DNA of 59,873 bases, filler included, from Candidatus Woesearchaeota archaeon (GTDB lineage: Archaea > Nanobdellota > Nanobdellia > Woesearchaeales > ARS49): assembly GCA_016188265.1 (NCBI GenBank). It is 7 parts of 6 records of this genome, joined end to end, with 100 filler letters (N's around TTAATTAATTAA, not from the genome) between each part and the next. Parts side by side here need not be neighbours in the genome. Positions count along the whole stretch, not along the records: positions 32,016 to 45,189 come from JACPID010000006.1; positions 45,290 to 51,504 come from JACPID010000008.1; 5 more parts are not named here. The stretch is one strand, 5' to 3'. Shown in pieces: positions 38,895 to 50,206 of this stretch (positions within the stretch are counted from its first letter, which is position 1; every line of letters begins with the position of its first letter). The position numbers and the translations under genes are program-made. Below the pieces are notes generated by a model, which saw nothing but the letters and a program-made list of their open reading frames with translations, did no database searches and was not told the DNA's origin.

Positions 38895-39659
38895 ATGCAA
38901 AAGAGGCATAGCATAATTATTCTGAGTATAGTAGTCATCATAGCAATTTTTGCGCTGGTTATTGCTCTTAAACCTGTAAGAACAGGATATGCTGAAATAA
39001 CAATAGAACCTGAAGCTTATACTGAAAAAGGAACGCCCGTTGAGTTTTATGGCAAAAACTGTCAAGATACTGATAAAGGCTTTACCCCAGAAACACCAGG
39101 ATGCGTCAGCATAACTGTTGGAACAGCAGGCTACGGAACGCTGGGCTATCCTGTAACAAAAAAGTATTGTGATGAATGCCGTGCTGATGTATTATTTGAG
39201 TATGGATGTTATCCAAATCCTGAACTCTTGCGCGCAACAGCAGGGCCAGGAGGTGTATCTGAAAAGGCAAGATTTAGAGAAACAACAGGCTACACTTATG
39301 AAGTTCATGCTAAATCATTTCCACCACAATGTGTTTGCCAGCAAGGCCTAACTGGAGCTTTTTGCACATATCCAAAATGTGGCAATAATAAAAAAGAAGT
39401 TGGAGAAGCATGCGATGGTACTGATGTAAGAGGAAAAACATGCAATAACTTTAATTACGCATTTGGAACACTGTCTTGCAAGCCAGATTGTTCTGATTAT
39501 GATTGGAACAGGTGCACTAATTGCGGAAATAAAGTATGTGATTTATACGAATCATTTTTGAACTGCCCTTTTGACTGCCCAATAACAGCATATCCTTATT
39601 CATGTTTAAAACTGCCATTATTGGAATTTGCTTGTAAAAAAGCACAAGAGTTAACGTGA
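38895..39659 (+). CDS. Secreted/membrane-anchored cysteine-rich protein
   Basis: N-terminal TM plus TGY; CQDTDKG, CGNNKKEVGEACDG...GTLSC..DC, CGNKVCD..ES..NCP.DC modules. Confidence 0.75.
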   Translation: MQKRHSIIILSIVVIIAIFALVIALKPVRTGYAEITIEPEAYTEKGTPVEFYGKNCQDTDKGFTPETPGCVSITVGTAGYGTLGYPVTKKYCDECRADVLFEYGCYPNPELLRATAGPGGVSEKARFRETTGYTYEVHAKSFPPQCVCQQGLTGAFCTYPKCGNNKKEVGEACDGTDVRGKTCNNFNYAFGTLSCKPDCSDYDWNRCTNCGNKVCDLYESFLNCPFDCPITAYPYSCLKLPLLEFACKKAQELT

Positions 39660-40372
39660 TAGAAATACTAATTTTAATATTTGCACTCATAGCAGAAATA
39701 ATTGGAACAATAGCTGGTTTTGGTTCATCAACAATATTTGTACCATTAACATTATTTGTATTAGATTTTAAAACAACACTTGTTATTGCAGCTTTTTTTC
39801 ATTTATTTGGCAATATTGCCAGAATAGCATTGTTTAAAAAAGTAGAAAAAAAAATAGTATGGTATTTCGGAGTGCCAAGTGTAATTCTAGCAGTAATTGG
39901 TGCTATATTAGTAAAGTACATTTCTTCAAATATTTTAAAATTTTTACTTGGAATATTTTTGTTAGTATTTTCAATAACATCGCTAATTAAGCCTAAATTA
40001 AAACTATCAGCAACAAGTACAAATGCAATCATAGGAGGAACACTATCAGGATTCTTTACAGGACTAATAGGCACTGGAGGAGTATTAAGAAGTACATTTT
40101 TAACAGCATTTAACTTGCCGAAAATAAAATATATTACAACAGCAGCCACAATAGCGCTTGCCATTGACTTGACAAGAATTCCAGTATATTTTACAATCCA
40201 ATTGATTGAACCAAAATACTATTATTATATTCCTTTACTTTTAATACCTGCAATTCTTGGAACATATATAGGTAAAAGAATAATTAATAAAATATCGCAA
40301 AAATCATTTAGAAAAATAGTGTTAACCGCAATTTTATTAATAAGCATAAAATTCATTCTAGATAGTTTATGA
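39656..40372 (+). CDS. TauE/SafE (TSUP) family membrane transporter
   Basis: GTIAGFGSSTIFVP, GFFTGLIGTGG, multiple TMs. Confidence 0.88.
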   Translation: MIEILILIFALIAEIIGTIAGFGSSTIFVPLTLFVLDFKTTLVIAAFFHLFGNIARIALFKKVEKKIVWYFGVPSVILAVIGAILVKYISSNILKFLLGIFLLVFSITSLIKPKLKLSATSTNAIIGGTLSGFFTGLIGTGGVLRSTFLTAFNLPKIKYITTAATIALAIDLTRIPVYFTIQLIEPKYYYYIPLLLIPAILGTYIGKRIINKISQKSFRKIVLTAILLISIKFILDSL

Positions 40373-41284
40373 TTCTTTATTTCTTTGCAAGTATTTAGCT
40401 GCGCTTAATAATGATGTGCATCCTTGGCCTGCAGCTACAATGAATTGATAAGTATGAATATCAGTGCAGTCTCCTGCAGCAAATATTCCAGGAACACTTG
40501 TTGCAGTATGTTTATCAACTATTATATGCCCATCTTTTTCAACACTAACAAGATCTTTTATAATTTCTGTATTAGGAACGCGGCCTATTTCTACAAAAAT
40601 TCCATCAAGTTTAAGATCTTTGATTTTTTCTTTTTGTTCATACTTCAAACCTTTAACAAAAGAATCGCCATAAATTTCTTTAGTATACGCAAATGGAATA
40701 ATTGTTATTTTTTTATGCTTAACAACATTTTCAATGAGGTATTCATGGCCGCGCATTTTATCATTAACAGTGAGAATGTAAATCTTTTTTGCAATGTTGA
40801 GAAGAAATTCTGCAGCTTCAAGCGCAGAATCACCGCCGCCAATAACAGCAACAGTTTTGTTTTTAAAAAGCGGCCCGTCACAAATTGCGCAGTAAGTTAC
40901 CCCGCGATTTGCAAACTTGTCTTCTCCAATAACATTTAGTTTTCTTGCTCTTGCACCTGAAGCAATGATGGCTGTTCGTGTTTCATAAGATTTATTTTTT
41001 GTTTTTACAACAAAATTTTTTCCTTCCTGTTTTAGTGTCTGAACTGGTTCATAATTTATTTTTATTTTATTATATTCAATTTGTTTTTGTAATTGTTTTC
41101 CAAACTCTATCCAGTTAGTTTTAGCAATTCCAATATAATTTTCTATATTGCCTGCAACATTAACTTGCCCTCCAAAATCCTCAGAGAAAATCAAGAATTT
41201 CATTCTTTTTCTTGAAGCATAAACTGCTGCAGCAATTCCAGCAATTCCTGCACCTATAATTATAGTTTCATAAACCTTTGACAC
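40367..41284 (-). CDS. trxB: Thioredoxin reductase family FAD oxidoreductase
   Basis: GAGIAG, GVTYCAICDG, GGGDSA, TSVPGIFAAGD. Confidence 0.9.
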   Translation of the reverse strand: MSKVYETIIIGAGIAGIAAAVYASRKRMKFLIFSEDFGGQVNVAGNIENYIGIAKTNWIEFGKQLQKQIEYNKIKINYEPVQTLKQEGKNFVVKTKNKSYETRTAIIASGARARKLNVIGEDKFANRGVTYCAICDGPLFKNKTVAVIGGGDSALEAAEFLLNIAKKIYILTVNDKMRGHEYLIENVVKHKKITIIPFAYTKEIYGDSFVKGLKYEQKEKIKDLKLDGIFVEIGRVPNTEIIKDLVSVEKDGHIIVDKHTATSVPGIFAAGDCTDIHTYQFIVAAGQGCTSLLSAAKYLQRNKES

Positions 41285-41302
41285 AATAATGCCTCTCTTT
41301 TT

Positions 41303-41566
41303 TTATAATTCTCTTTTGCCATCTTTTTCTATATGAATAACATTAACAGGGCATGTTTGAGCTGCTTCAAGATTAAGCTCATAATCTTCATCATGCTCTA
41401 AATGTTCTTCTTCACCAACATGCTGCATTTTTTCATGTTTAATGCTGGATTTACTATCTTCTTTCATCTCCCAATACTTTTCTGCAACTACCACACAAGC
41501 AGAACACCCAATACATCCAGGCCTGTCATGAACTATTTTATACTTAATCTTTGGAGTTTCGCTCAT
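41303..41566 (-). CDS. Single-cluster ferredoxin
   Basis: CIGCSAC...AAQTCPVNVI. Confidence 0.9.
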   Translation of the reverse strand: MSETPKIKYKIVHDRPGCIGCSACVVVAEKYWEMKEDSKSSIKHEKMQHVGEEEHLEHDEDYELNLEAAQTCPVNVIHIEKDGKREL

Positions 41567-41608
41567 AACAAAATAAGAATGAACTATATTTAAATAAATT
41601 ATGATTGA

Positions 41609-42040
41609 TCATTCATACCTAAAAACAACTTGTTCTTTTTTACTAATTTTATCGGTCTTAACAATATGATAAGGGCTCATCATTATTTCTATTACAATAC
41701 CATCAATACTTGGAACAGTTTCTTTAACACTAACCTCTACAAAAAACCTACTTTTACTTATGCTAGCTATCTCAATAGAATAACCTCCTGCTGATTTAGT
41801 TCCAGAATAAACAGCAACAACAGAATAGTTTGAAAAATCAATTTCAGGAGCAGGATTTTCAGAATCAACATATTTTCTCCAGTGCTTCTTCCATTTTTCA
41901 GCATCCTTTATAACAAACTCTAGTTTTTGTTCTGCTAAACTAAAATGTCCTTTAGAGATTGTTTCCAAAGAATACTGCTTTGAACACCCTGATAAGCTAG
42001 TTGATGCTAAAAGCACTAATGAAAGCAATGTTTTTTTCAT
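41609..42040 (-). CDS. Lipoprotein with PrcB C-terminal domain
   Basis: Lipobox LSGC; PEIDFS...VAVYSGTKSAGGYSIEI...PYHIV. Confidence 0.8.
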   Translation of the reverse strand: MKKTLLSLVLLASTSLSGCSKQYSLETISKGHFSLAEQKLEFVIKDAEKWKKHWRKYVDSENPAPEIDFSNYSVVAVYSGTKSAGGYSIEIASISKSRFFVEVSVKETVPSIDGIVIEIMMSPYHIVKTDKISKKEQVVFRYE

Positions 42041-42047
42041 GATTAAC

Positions 42048-42671
42048 TTATTCTTTTTTTAGTTCTTTTAAACTTTTCTCTATACTCTTCGAATTATACA
42101 ATGCACTTGTTGTACAAACAAAATCAGCTCCTGCAGATTTAGCAATAGCAGCAGTATTCTTATTAATACCACCATCTACACCAATTTTAATTTTTTTATT
42201 TATGCTTCTAATTTCATTAATTTTATCCAAAGATTCAGGAATAAGTTTTTGACCGCTAAAACCAGGATGCACACTCATAACAAGAGCAATATCTGATTTC
42301 TTAATTTCTTCAACATACTTTTTTGGATTTGTTTCTGGATTAAATGCAAGCCCTGCTTTTATTTTACTTTTTTTAATTTCTCTCAAAGCATGATCAATTT
42401 CTTTATCACTTTCAGCATGAATAATAAATTCTTTGATCTTTTTATGATTAAATTTTTCAAATTCCTTCAAAGGATTTAATGCCATCAAATGAATCTGAAT
42501 ATTAGGAGCATCTTTAAGCTCATTAACTTCCTTTGCCTGAATTGTTTCAGAAGGAACAAAAATCCCATCCATAATATCAATATGAACAATATCAACAAGC
42601 CCTGAGACTAGTTTAACCTGTTCTTCAAGTTCCTTCTTTGTCTTAGCATTAATAGCTGGAAGTATTTTCAT
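42048..42671 (-). CDS. rpe: Ribulose-phosphate 3-epimerase
   Basis: HIDIMDG.FVP, IHLM, IHAE, MSVHPGFSGQ, VDGGIN. Confidence 0.93.
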   Translation of the reverse strand: MKILPAINAKTKKELEEQVKLVSGLVDIVHIDIMDGIFVPSETIQAKEVNELKDAPNIQIHLMALNPLKEFEKFNHKKIKEFIIHAESDKEIDHALREIKKSKIKAGLAFNPETNPKKYVEEIKKSDIALVMSVHPGFSGQKLIPESLDKINEIRSINKKIKIGVDGGINKNTAAIAKSAGADFVCTTSALYNSKSIEKSLKELKKE

Positions 42672-43128
42672 ATTTCTTTATTTTCTTCAACCTTCGAACA
42701 TGTCTTTTTTCTTTTGAAAAAGGCGTTCGAAGCCAGGTTAAAACGATTTTTTCTGCTAATTTATTTGATAATCCTTTACCTTTCTCTAGCATTCCTCCGC
42801 CTGCAAGACATAAAACATTTGCATCATTATGTTTACGACTTAGTTTAGCTATTGAAACTGTCCAAACAGGAACAGCGCGTACACCTTTAACTTTGTTTGC
42901 TGCAATACAAACACCTTCAGCGCTTCCACATACAAGTATTCCTTTTGACTTAGTTTTTGAAGCTTGTTTTGCAACAGAAAAAGCAAAATCAGGATAATCA
43001 TCCTTTGGATCAAACTTTGTATTTCCTAAATCTTTAATTTTGTATCCTAATTTTGATAAATATTTTTTAAGACTCTCCTTTAATTCAAATCCTGCATGGT
43101 CAGCACCAATATAAATTATTTGTTTCAT
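42649..43128 (-). CDS. rpiB: Ribose-5-phosphate isomerase B
   Basis: GADHAGFELK, DYPD, CGSAEG..IAANKVKGVRA, HNDANVL, RHVRR. Confidence 0.93.
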   Translation of the reverse strand: MKQIIYIGADHAGFELKESLKKYLSKLGYKIKDLGNTKFDPKDDYPDFAFSVAKQASKTKSKGILVCGSAEGVCIAANKVKGVRAVPVWTVSIAKLSRKHNDANVLCLAGGGMLEKGKGLSNKLAEKIVLTWLRTPFSKEKRHVRRLKKIKKYENTSSY

Positions 43129-44039
43129 GCTTTATTCACACTCCTAAAAAGTTTTATTCTATTTTCAACTACTAATTGCATTAAATCTCTTGCCGAAGAT
43201 AAAATATGTCGTGGATCAAAATCTTCTGGATTTTCTTTTAAAAACTTCCTTAAGCCTGCACTAAAAGCAAGCCTTAAATCAGTATCAGTATTAATTTTAG
43301 CAATGCCATTTTCAATAGCTTTTCTTATTTGAACATCAGGAACACCTTCAGTGCTTCCTAATTTTGCACCATACTTTTTTGCTTGATTAACCAACCAACT
43401 AGGAACTTGGCTTGCACCATGCAACACTAATGGCTTTTTTAAAAACCGGTTTATTTTAATAAGCCTGTCAATATCTAATTTTGCTTTACCTGCAAACTTG
43501 TAAGCGCCATGCGATGTTCCAATAGCAACTGCAAGCGCATCAATGCCTGTTTTTTCAACAAAAAGTTTTGCATCTTCTGGTTCAGTATAAATTATTTTTC
43601 TAGAATTTACTAAATCTTCAACTCCACCAATAGTTCCAAGCTCTCCTTCAACACTAACATTTTTTTTACAAGCCATACTCACTACTTTTTTTGTAAGCTT
43701 AATATTTTCATTAAAAAATAAATGAGATCCATCAATCATAACAGAAGTATAACCTATACTAATTGCTTTTTTTATTAATCGAATACTTCTTCCATGATCC
43801 AAATGCAGTGCAATTGGAAGTTTTGTTTCTGCCGCTGCTATTTTAACTAAGCTAGCAATAGTATTCAGCCCTGCATACTTAATTGCACCTTCTGAAGTTG
43901 AAATAATCACCGGAGATTTTTGCTTTTTAGCAGCTAAAATTACTGATTGAAGAATTTCCATATTATTAACATTAAAAGCTCCAACAGCATAATGATTCCT
44001 ATAAGCTTTATCCAATAAAGAGTTCATAGTTACAAGCAT
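43125..44039 (-). CDS. fba: Class II fructose-bisphosphate aldolase
   Basis: AVGAFN, LHLDHG, SVMIDGS, VEGELG, AIGTSHGAYK, LVLHGAS, KINTDTD. Confidence 0.95.
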   Translation of the reverse strand: MLVTMNSLLDKAYRNHYAVGAFNVNNMEILQSVILAAKKQKSPVIISTSEGAIKYAGLNTIASLVKIAAAETKLPIALHLDHGRSIRLIKKAISIGYTSVMIDGSHLFFNENIKLTKKVVSMACKKNVSVEGELGTIGGVEDLVNSRKIIYTEPEDAKLFVEKTGIDALAVAIGTSHGAYKFAGKAKLDIDRLIKINRFLKKPLVLHGASQVPSWLVNQAKKYGAKLGSTEGVPDVQIRKAIENGIAKINTDTDLRLAFSAGLRKFLKENPEDFDPRHILSSARDLMQLVVENRIKLFRSVNKA

Positions 44040-44137
44040 TCACTCACCTTTTTATATAGTAATACATAGAATAGATTTATTTAAATGTATCTTAAAAAAT
44101 TCAGAAGTTTTAAATATATTGTTGAGAATATAAAAAC

Positions 44138-44503
44138 ATGGCAGATTCACAAAGACCAAAATGGGTAAAAGACAAAACATTACATAAAGATTTTGAAGTA
44201 ATAATTTGCAAATCTTACAATGATTACCAAAACCACAAAAACGATGACGGATGCTATGTTCTAATAAAAGTTGATTTTGAATTCTATGAAATACAAGTAG
44301 CAATAGTAAACTACCAGCATGAAATACTAAAAGTATTCAAAGGAAAAAGACCCCAAGATATATACCATGAAATTTTTGAATACGAAAAAAAACACAACCT
44401 TAAATGGTTCACAGAAAAACAACACATTGCTTACCTTGGAAAAGAACTAAAAAAAGCTGAACTCGCCCTTGCATTAGGAAATTCAGGATACTACCAAGAA
44501 TAA
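44138..44503 (+). CDS. DUF4346 family protein
   Basis: D..GCYVLIKVD...HIAYLGKELKKAELAL..G..Y.QE. Confidence 0.8.
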   Translation: MADSQRPKWVKDKTLHKDFEVIICKSYNDYQNHKNDDGCYVLIKVDFEFYEIQVAIVNYQHEILKVFKGKRPQDIYHEIFEYEKKHNLKWFTEKQHIAYLGKELKKAELALALGNSGYYQE

Positions 44504-44519
44504 ATAAAGTGTAATTTTT

Positions 44520-44918
44520 CTAGTAATATCTTCCTATTAATTCTATGTCATTACTGATAACATTTCCAATTCTATCTTTTGAGAAACGCCTAAGAAAATC
44601 AGTGTCTGTTCTGAATCTTACTTTGTCTCCAACTTCAATTGCTTCTGCCAAAGCAACAAGTGGCTTAGAACCTCCCTCACGCACATTTATTATGTATCTT
44701 CCTTGACTTGTTTCAACAGTCAAAACATAAGTTTGCTTTCCAAACTTCACTGATTCATTTCCAAATAAAGCTCGGCTTGATTCAACAATATTAACAACAG
44801 TTCCGCTTTCTTTTGTTACCCTGCCTTCTAAATATTGCGGTTGACTTTCACATCCAGTTAAAGCAAATACCAATGCGCCTAACCCAAATGTTTTTCGTAA
44901 TTTATTCATTTTAAACAT
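44520..44918 (-). CDS. Hypothetical lipoprotein
   Basis: GGAGG RBS, lipobox ALTGC. Confidence 0.65.
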   Translation of the reverse strand: MFKMNKLRKTFGLGALVFALTGCESQPQYLEGRVTKESGTVVNIVESSRALFGNESVKFGKQTYVLTVETSQGRYIINVREGGSKPLVALAEAIEVGDKVRFRTDTDFLRRFSKDRIGNVISNDIELIGRYY

Positions 44919-44952
44919 CCTCCATTCATTGTAAAACCCAAAATTTAATTTA

Positions 44953-45027
44953 CGCCCCCGCCGGGATTCGAACCCGGGTCACAGCATCGAAAGTGCTGTG
45001 TCCTTGGCCGGACTAGACTACAGGGGC
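44953..45027 (-). tRNA. tRNA-Glu(TTC)
   Basis: GCCCCTG/CGGGGGC acceptor, anticodon arm CAGCA-CT TTC GA-TGCTG, T-arm GGTTCGAATCC. Confidence 0.95.
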
Positions 45028-45189
45028 ATTTCTATTTTGTCTAGTTCTTGGAATTATTATTTTGTTTATAAGACTTTCTAGAAATTATAGTTCTATTTTC
45101 TTGTCTTGGAATTTCAACCTTTAATTCTTCTAGCGCTTTGTTAATTAGAGGTTCCACTAGTTCCAGATCAATATTTTCGTACCCTTGAG

Positions 45190-45289
45190 NNNNNNNNNNN
45201 NNNNNNNNNNNNNNNNNNNNNNNNNNNNNNNNNTTAATTAATTAANNNNNNNNNNNNNNNNNNNNNNNNNNNNNNNNNNNNNNNNNNNN
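45190..45289. other. Artificial contig linker
   Basis: 100 nt of N with TTAATTAATTAA. Confidence 0.99.
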
Positions 45290-45428
45290 TAAAGTGAAAA
45301 TCGAGCTTAATTTGGTTTGCATAGCCCACAATTTACAGAAAATCTTCTTGATGACGGCAGCCAAAAGCTGCTAAATTTATTTTTTATTTTATTTTTTGAA
45401 TTTTAAAAAATAATTGTGAGACAACGTC
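45290..45428 (+). mobile_element. 3' end of an IS1182/IS5-like DDE transposase gene and its probable right end
   Basis: KVKIELNLVCIAHNLQKIFLMTAAKSC* (typical ...L.C.AHNL.K tail), then candidate terminus TTGTGAGACAACGTC at 45414-45428. Confidence 0.7.
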
Positions 45429-45663
45429 CGCTGTTATACGCTTTTTCTCGAAGAGAAAAACGAGGTCTAGTGCAACGTCCCGAAGGGAAACCGAAGAGTT
45501 AAATTTTAGTGGCAGTCGTTCCATCAAGCGAACAAAGTGAGCCATCAAGAACAAGTATCAAGGAGACAATTTTAGTTAGTCGTTTCGTAGGGGGAAGGGG
45601 CGTCGTGTTTTTTGCTTCTTTTTTACAAAAAAGAAGATAGGAAGAGGCGTCGTTAAAGTCGTT

Positions 45664-48600
45664 TCATCTCTTTAATTTTATTTTGTCTTTTTCTTCATCT
45701 ATTAATTTATTCTTTATTAAATGATTAATTGCTTCTTCAACTTTATCTCTTATTTTATTTCCTGTTCGATTATTATTATAGATTCCTCTTGCTATATCTG
45801 CTGTTATAGCTTCTTTTGTTGTGCTGAAAGAATTCTTTAAAATATCAATTATTGCCCCAGCTAATTCCTCTTTTGGGATTAAAATAAATGGTCTGTCACT
45901 TTCTTCTGAAATTTTTACTTCGGAGAATATATTTATAGGTTCAAGGGAGACACTGTTTTGATAAATATTTATTCCCTTATTTTTCTTCAAATCCCTTAAT
46001 ATTTCTTCAAATAAATTTTCTATTCTTCGTCCTAATTTTTGAATACCCATTGAAGACAATACTCTTTTGTATAATAATTCTTTTTCAATTAGACTCTCTA
46101 TTTCCAGAACTTGCATTATTTTTCTTTTAATGATCGAAACTGCCGAATAATTGTTAAGGCTTCCGTAACTATCAAATTCTAAATCCATATTTGATTTTGA
46201 AAGCTCAGCTATTTTGTATTTTTTATATTTATCCTTGAGTTCAATTTCCTTAAAGTCTTCTTTTTCATCAATTTTTGATAAACAATTATTCTGTTTGGGT
46301 TCTGGAATACCTTTAGATTTCAAGATATTTTTAACTTTCTCCTTTACTTTTTCGATTTCGTATTCTTTGTTATTTAACCAATCATCAGACCAAATTCTGA
46401 TTATATTCCAACCGAGATTCTCTAATACAACTTGCCTTATTTTGTCTCTATCTCTTGCAAATCTTGAAGAATGATATTGCGAGCCATCACACTCAACACC
46501 CAAAATATATTCTCCGGGTTTTTTTGGATGTTTTATGGCTAAATCTACCCTGTATCCAGAACAACCAATCTGACAGCTTACATCAAACCCTTCTTTTTTT
46601 AATTCCCCATAAACAGCTTCTTCAAAAGAAGAATCAAATTGTAGCCCCTCGGTTTTCTGTAAGAATTTAGTCAAATCTTTACTTTTTGCAAAATCTAAAT
46701 AATATTTTAAGTACCTTACACCTTCTGCATTGATTTTATCTTCGTCTAAGTCGTCGGGAAGCATTGACGAAACAACAACAGTTTTAAATCTTGAACGAGT
46801 TATTGATACATTAAGTCTTTTGTACCCTCCTTCTTTGTTCAATGGACCAAAATTATAACTAAATTTACCTGAGGAATCTTTACCATAACCTACACTTAGA
46901 ATAATAATGTCCCTTTCATCACCTTGCACGGTTTCAAGATTTTTAACAAATACTTCCTCATTATTAACATCGATTGACTCTTCTATAGGTATTCCTGCTA
47001 TTTGAAATTCCTCTCTAATCACATTTTCTTGAGCCATACTAAAAGCGATAATTCCAAATGACTTTTTAGGGTATTTCTTTTTCAAATCCCTATAAATTTT
47101 AACAATCTCCCTAGCTTCAATCCTATTTTTCCTGGATTTCCCTCTATCATAGACTCCTGTTTTGATATATACACAATCCAGTCCGCTATTATCATTTTCC
47201 TTAGGGTTGGGAAAGGTTATTAAGCGGTTTTCATAAAAAAACCTATTGGAAAAAGATATAAGAGTCTCATTATTACTTCTATAATGCCAATCTAGGGATT
47301 TAGTTCTGAATTTAGTTATTGACTCACTTAAGAAGCTCTCTAAATCTTCAATTTCTTCTTCACTTTCATCATCTTGACTTAAGAAGAATGAAGTGGGGGG
47401 GTAGTTGTTGTGTATCCCCCATTATTATGGCCTGTTTTGCTCTTATAAGGCAAGGAACGGCATCTTCTGGCATAATTTGAGAAGCTTCATCAAATATGAC
47501 TACATCAAAATTTATATTTTTTGGATTAATATATTGGCTGACAGTCAGAGGACTCATCATAAAGCAAGGTTTCAAAGCAAAGGCTAAATCAGGTATTTGT
47601 TCTAATAAATCCCTAATCGGTTTTAATCTTCTTTTCTTTTCATTTTCTCGTTTGAGAATAGAAACCTCATTAGAACCCATACTTGAGTAATTGTCTTTTG
47701 GTTGCCTCTCTTCAACAGATTCCATAACTTTATATCTAAAAATATCTCTAACTTTCATATCATCATCTCTGAATTTTTCAACAAGGCTTTTTGGAGAAAA
47801 CTTATTCGACTTTTTGAGTATTTCATCTAAAATCTGGAGATAGTAGGACTTAAGAAAAACCTTGCTGAATTCACTTCTGACAGCATTACTAAAATATTTT
47901 TTAATGAATTCTTTTACTTCTTCATCTAACTTTATGGATTCTTCTTTAAATGCGAGAACCTCTTTAAGATTCTTAAATTGGTTATTCAGTTTCTCCAAAA
48001 CATTTAGAATATCTTGAATTTTTTCTAAACAGGTTAATTGTTTAACCTCAAAGAACTCTTCCATTTCATTTAAAGAAGAATAAAAATCTCTAAATAATCC
48101 TTTCTGATTGAAATTAGATAATAACTGGATTATAGCATAATTTTTACCTTTTGAAATTTTATTTGATATTTCAAAGAGAGGGATTAAGTCCTTACAATAT
48201 TTATCTAATCTGGAAATATTGCTTAGATTATTACAATCTCCGATAATCTCTGATTTTTTCTTGTTCTTTGAGACAATTTCATTAAGTTTTTTATTTATTT
48301 TTTCATATTTGGCTTTCTTCTCAAAAAGAGAGAGCCATTCAGCGTGCCCTATTTTTATTTCTGCATATTTATCCAAACTAGCCTTATTGGTTTTATATTC
48401 TTGATTAAAAAGTCTATAGAAAAACGAGGTTTCTCTGAATATCTTTTCAGCTTGATGTGTGTTTAAGTCATCAATAAAAGAATCTTTTACTCTCTTCGTT
48501 ATATCCTCCCGCATCTCTTTTATCTCCAAAAGAACAGATAGTAACTCTTTTATCAGAGAATTGTATTCTTCAAAATCTTTTGAAAGCAAATAGGAGAATT

Positions 48601-50182
48601 CGCGGTTAAATTTGAAAGCAACGACTTTATCGTTTAATTCGTTTAGTAAGTTTAACTCGACAAAAGAGTTTATCTCTACCCCCGTTTCTATTTTTAGTTT
48701 ATCTATAGACCCAATTATTTTCTCAGTATTCTGATCAAAATTCTTTAGATTAGAACTGAATCTATTAATAGCTAAAGAAGTATTCTTGTCTTTCTGATAA
48801 TTGAAATATATGTTTTCGTTAGGATTTCCTAACAGAGTAAAAGAGGAATTAAATCTCTCTAGCTTGTCAAATAATATTGAAAACTCTTTTTTGTTCAGGG
48901 ATATTGATCTTTTTAGTGGAAAATCTACAATCTCGTTTTTAGATAGTTTCGCCAACTCTCCTCTAACATCATAAACCGATAACTCCCAAGGAGAGTGTTT
49001 TTCACATAAGAATTGATAAAATTCATTGATATCCTTTTGAGATTTTAAATAAGATGAAACATCATCTCGTTTTATCATTGAAGGTATAACCGGAGAAGTT
49101 TGAAGTTCTTTCATAAATTGTTTTATAACTTCTCTTTTGTTTCCTTTGTAATTATGTAAATTTAGGCAGTATCTTCCTAACCCAACTTCATCGAGTCTTT
49201 TTTGGACTACATTTAAAGCAGCCATTTTTTGGCTCACAAAAAGAATTTTTTTATTCTTTTCGATAAGGGCTGAGATGATATTTACAATTGTTTGACTTTT
49301 ACCTGTTCCCGGAGGCCCTTGTAATACAAAAGTAACTCCTGCTTTTGCTAACTCTATTGCTCTTTTTTGGGAAGAATCTGCTGGGAGAACATCTACGCTT
49401 GTAGTATCATCAAATTCCTCTCTCTGCAATTCAGAAATTTCATCCTGTAAAGCATCTCTGTCCCCAACATACGCTTTCACTAAAGGGCTATCTTTAACCA
49501 ATTTTTCATTAAAACTCAAATCTTCATACATGATAAATTTTTGATATGAGAAAATATCCATATAAACATCTTCGGTAATTTTCCAATCCTTCATTCCTTC
49601 TATTTGCTTCTTAAGGTAAGACAGATATTCAGAAGGGGTTTGATTCTCAAATTCATTTATTTCTATGCTAAACTCGTGAGAAAGCTTCTCTATTAATGCT
49701 GGGTTTAATTGCATTTCTCCAGAATTAGAATCAATCTCAAATTTGTGAGTTTCTTTGCTAATAGCAGATAGTCTGCTGATTTCTATAGGCCAAAGAAAAA
49801 TAGGAGCTTCTAAAAATAACTCGGAATGGTCTGCATCCTTATATCTCAAAATTCCCAAAGATAAAAAACAAGTGCTAACTCCTAACTCTTGAAAGTTTTC
49901 TTTCGCCTTTAAATAAAGAGCATATAATTTTTTCTCAACTATTTCCTCTTCTTCAGAGCATAACCACTGCCTGTCTTTAACATTATCCTTTTTCTCTTTT
50001 AGGATAAATATGTTTTGCTCATTTTCCAAATCTTCAATTACTTTAGAGAAAGAGGGAGATATTATTTTTAGAGATTTTGATTTTGTGAATCTATAACGCA
50101 CAAGATTATTTCTTTTAGATAAATCTATAAGTTTCTTTTTCCAATAGTCTATCTTCTTATCAATAACCTTGCTTACATCCAT
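45664..50182 (-). pseudogene. DUF4011 - SF1 helicase - Vsr/MTES_1575-like nuclease - DUF3320-like protein (Hhe-like), split by one extra base at G7 47395-47401
   Basis: WKKKLIDLSKRNNL; QGPPGTGKSQTI; FDEASQ; GDTQQLPP|TSFF...WHYRS; ETVQGDERD; RLNVSITR; FDSSFEEAV...YRVDL...ECDG..YH...RDRD; 1505 aa if the run were G6. Confidence 0.88.
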
Positions 50183-50206
50183 TTGATAATCTCCCTTGGT
50201 GCATAT

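Noticed and set aside
44953..45433. tRNA-Glu as the integration site of the contig E element
   Set aside because: A linker separates them (45190-45289), so the proximity is an artefact of concatenation; no tRNA 3' duplication seen
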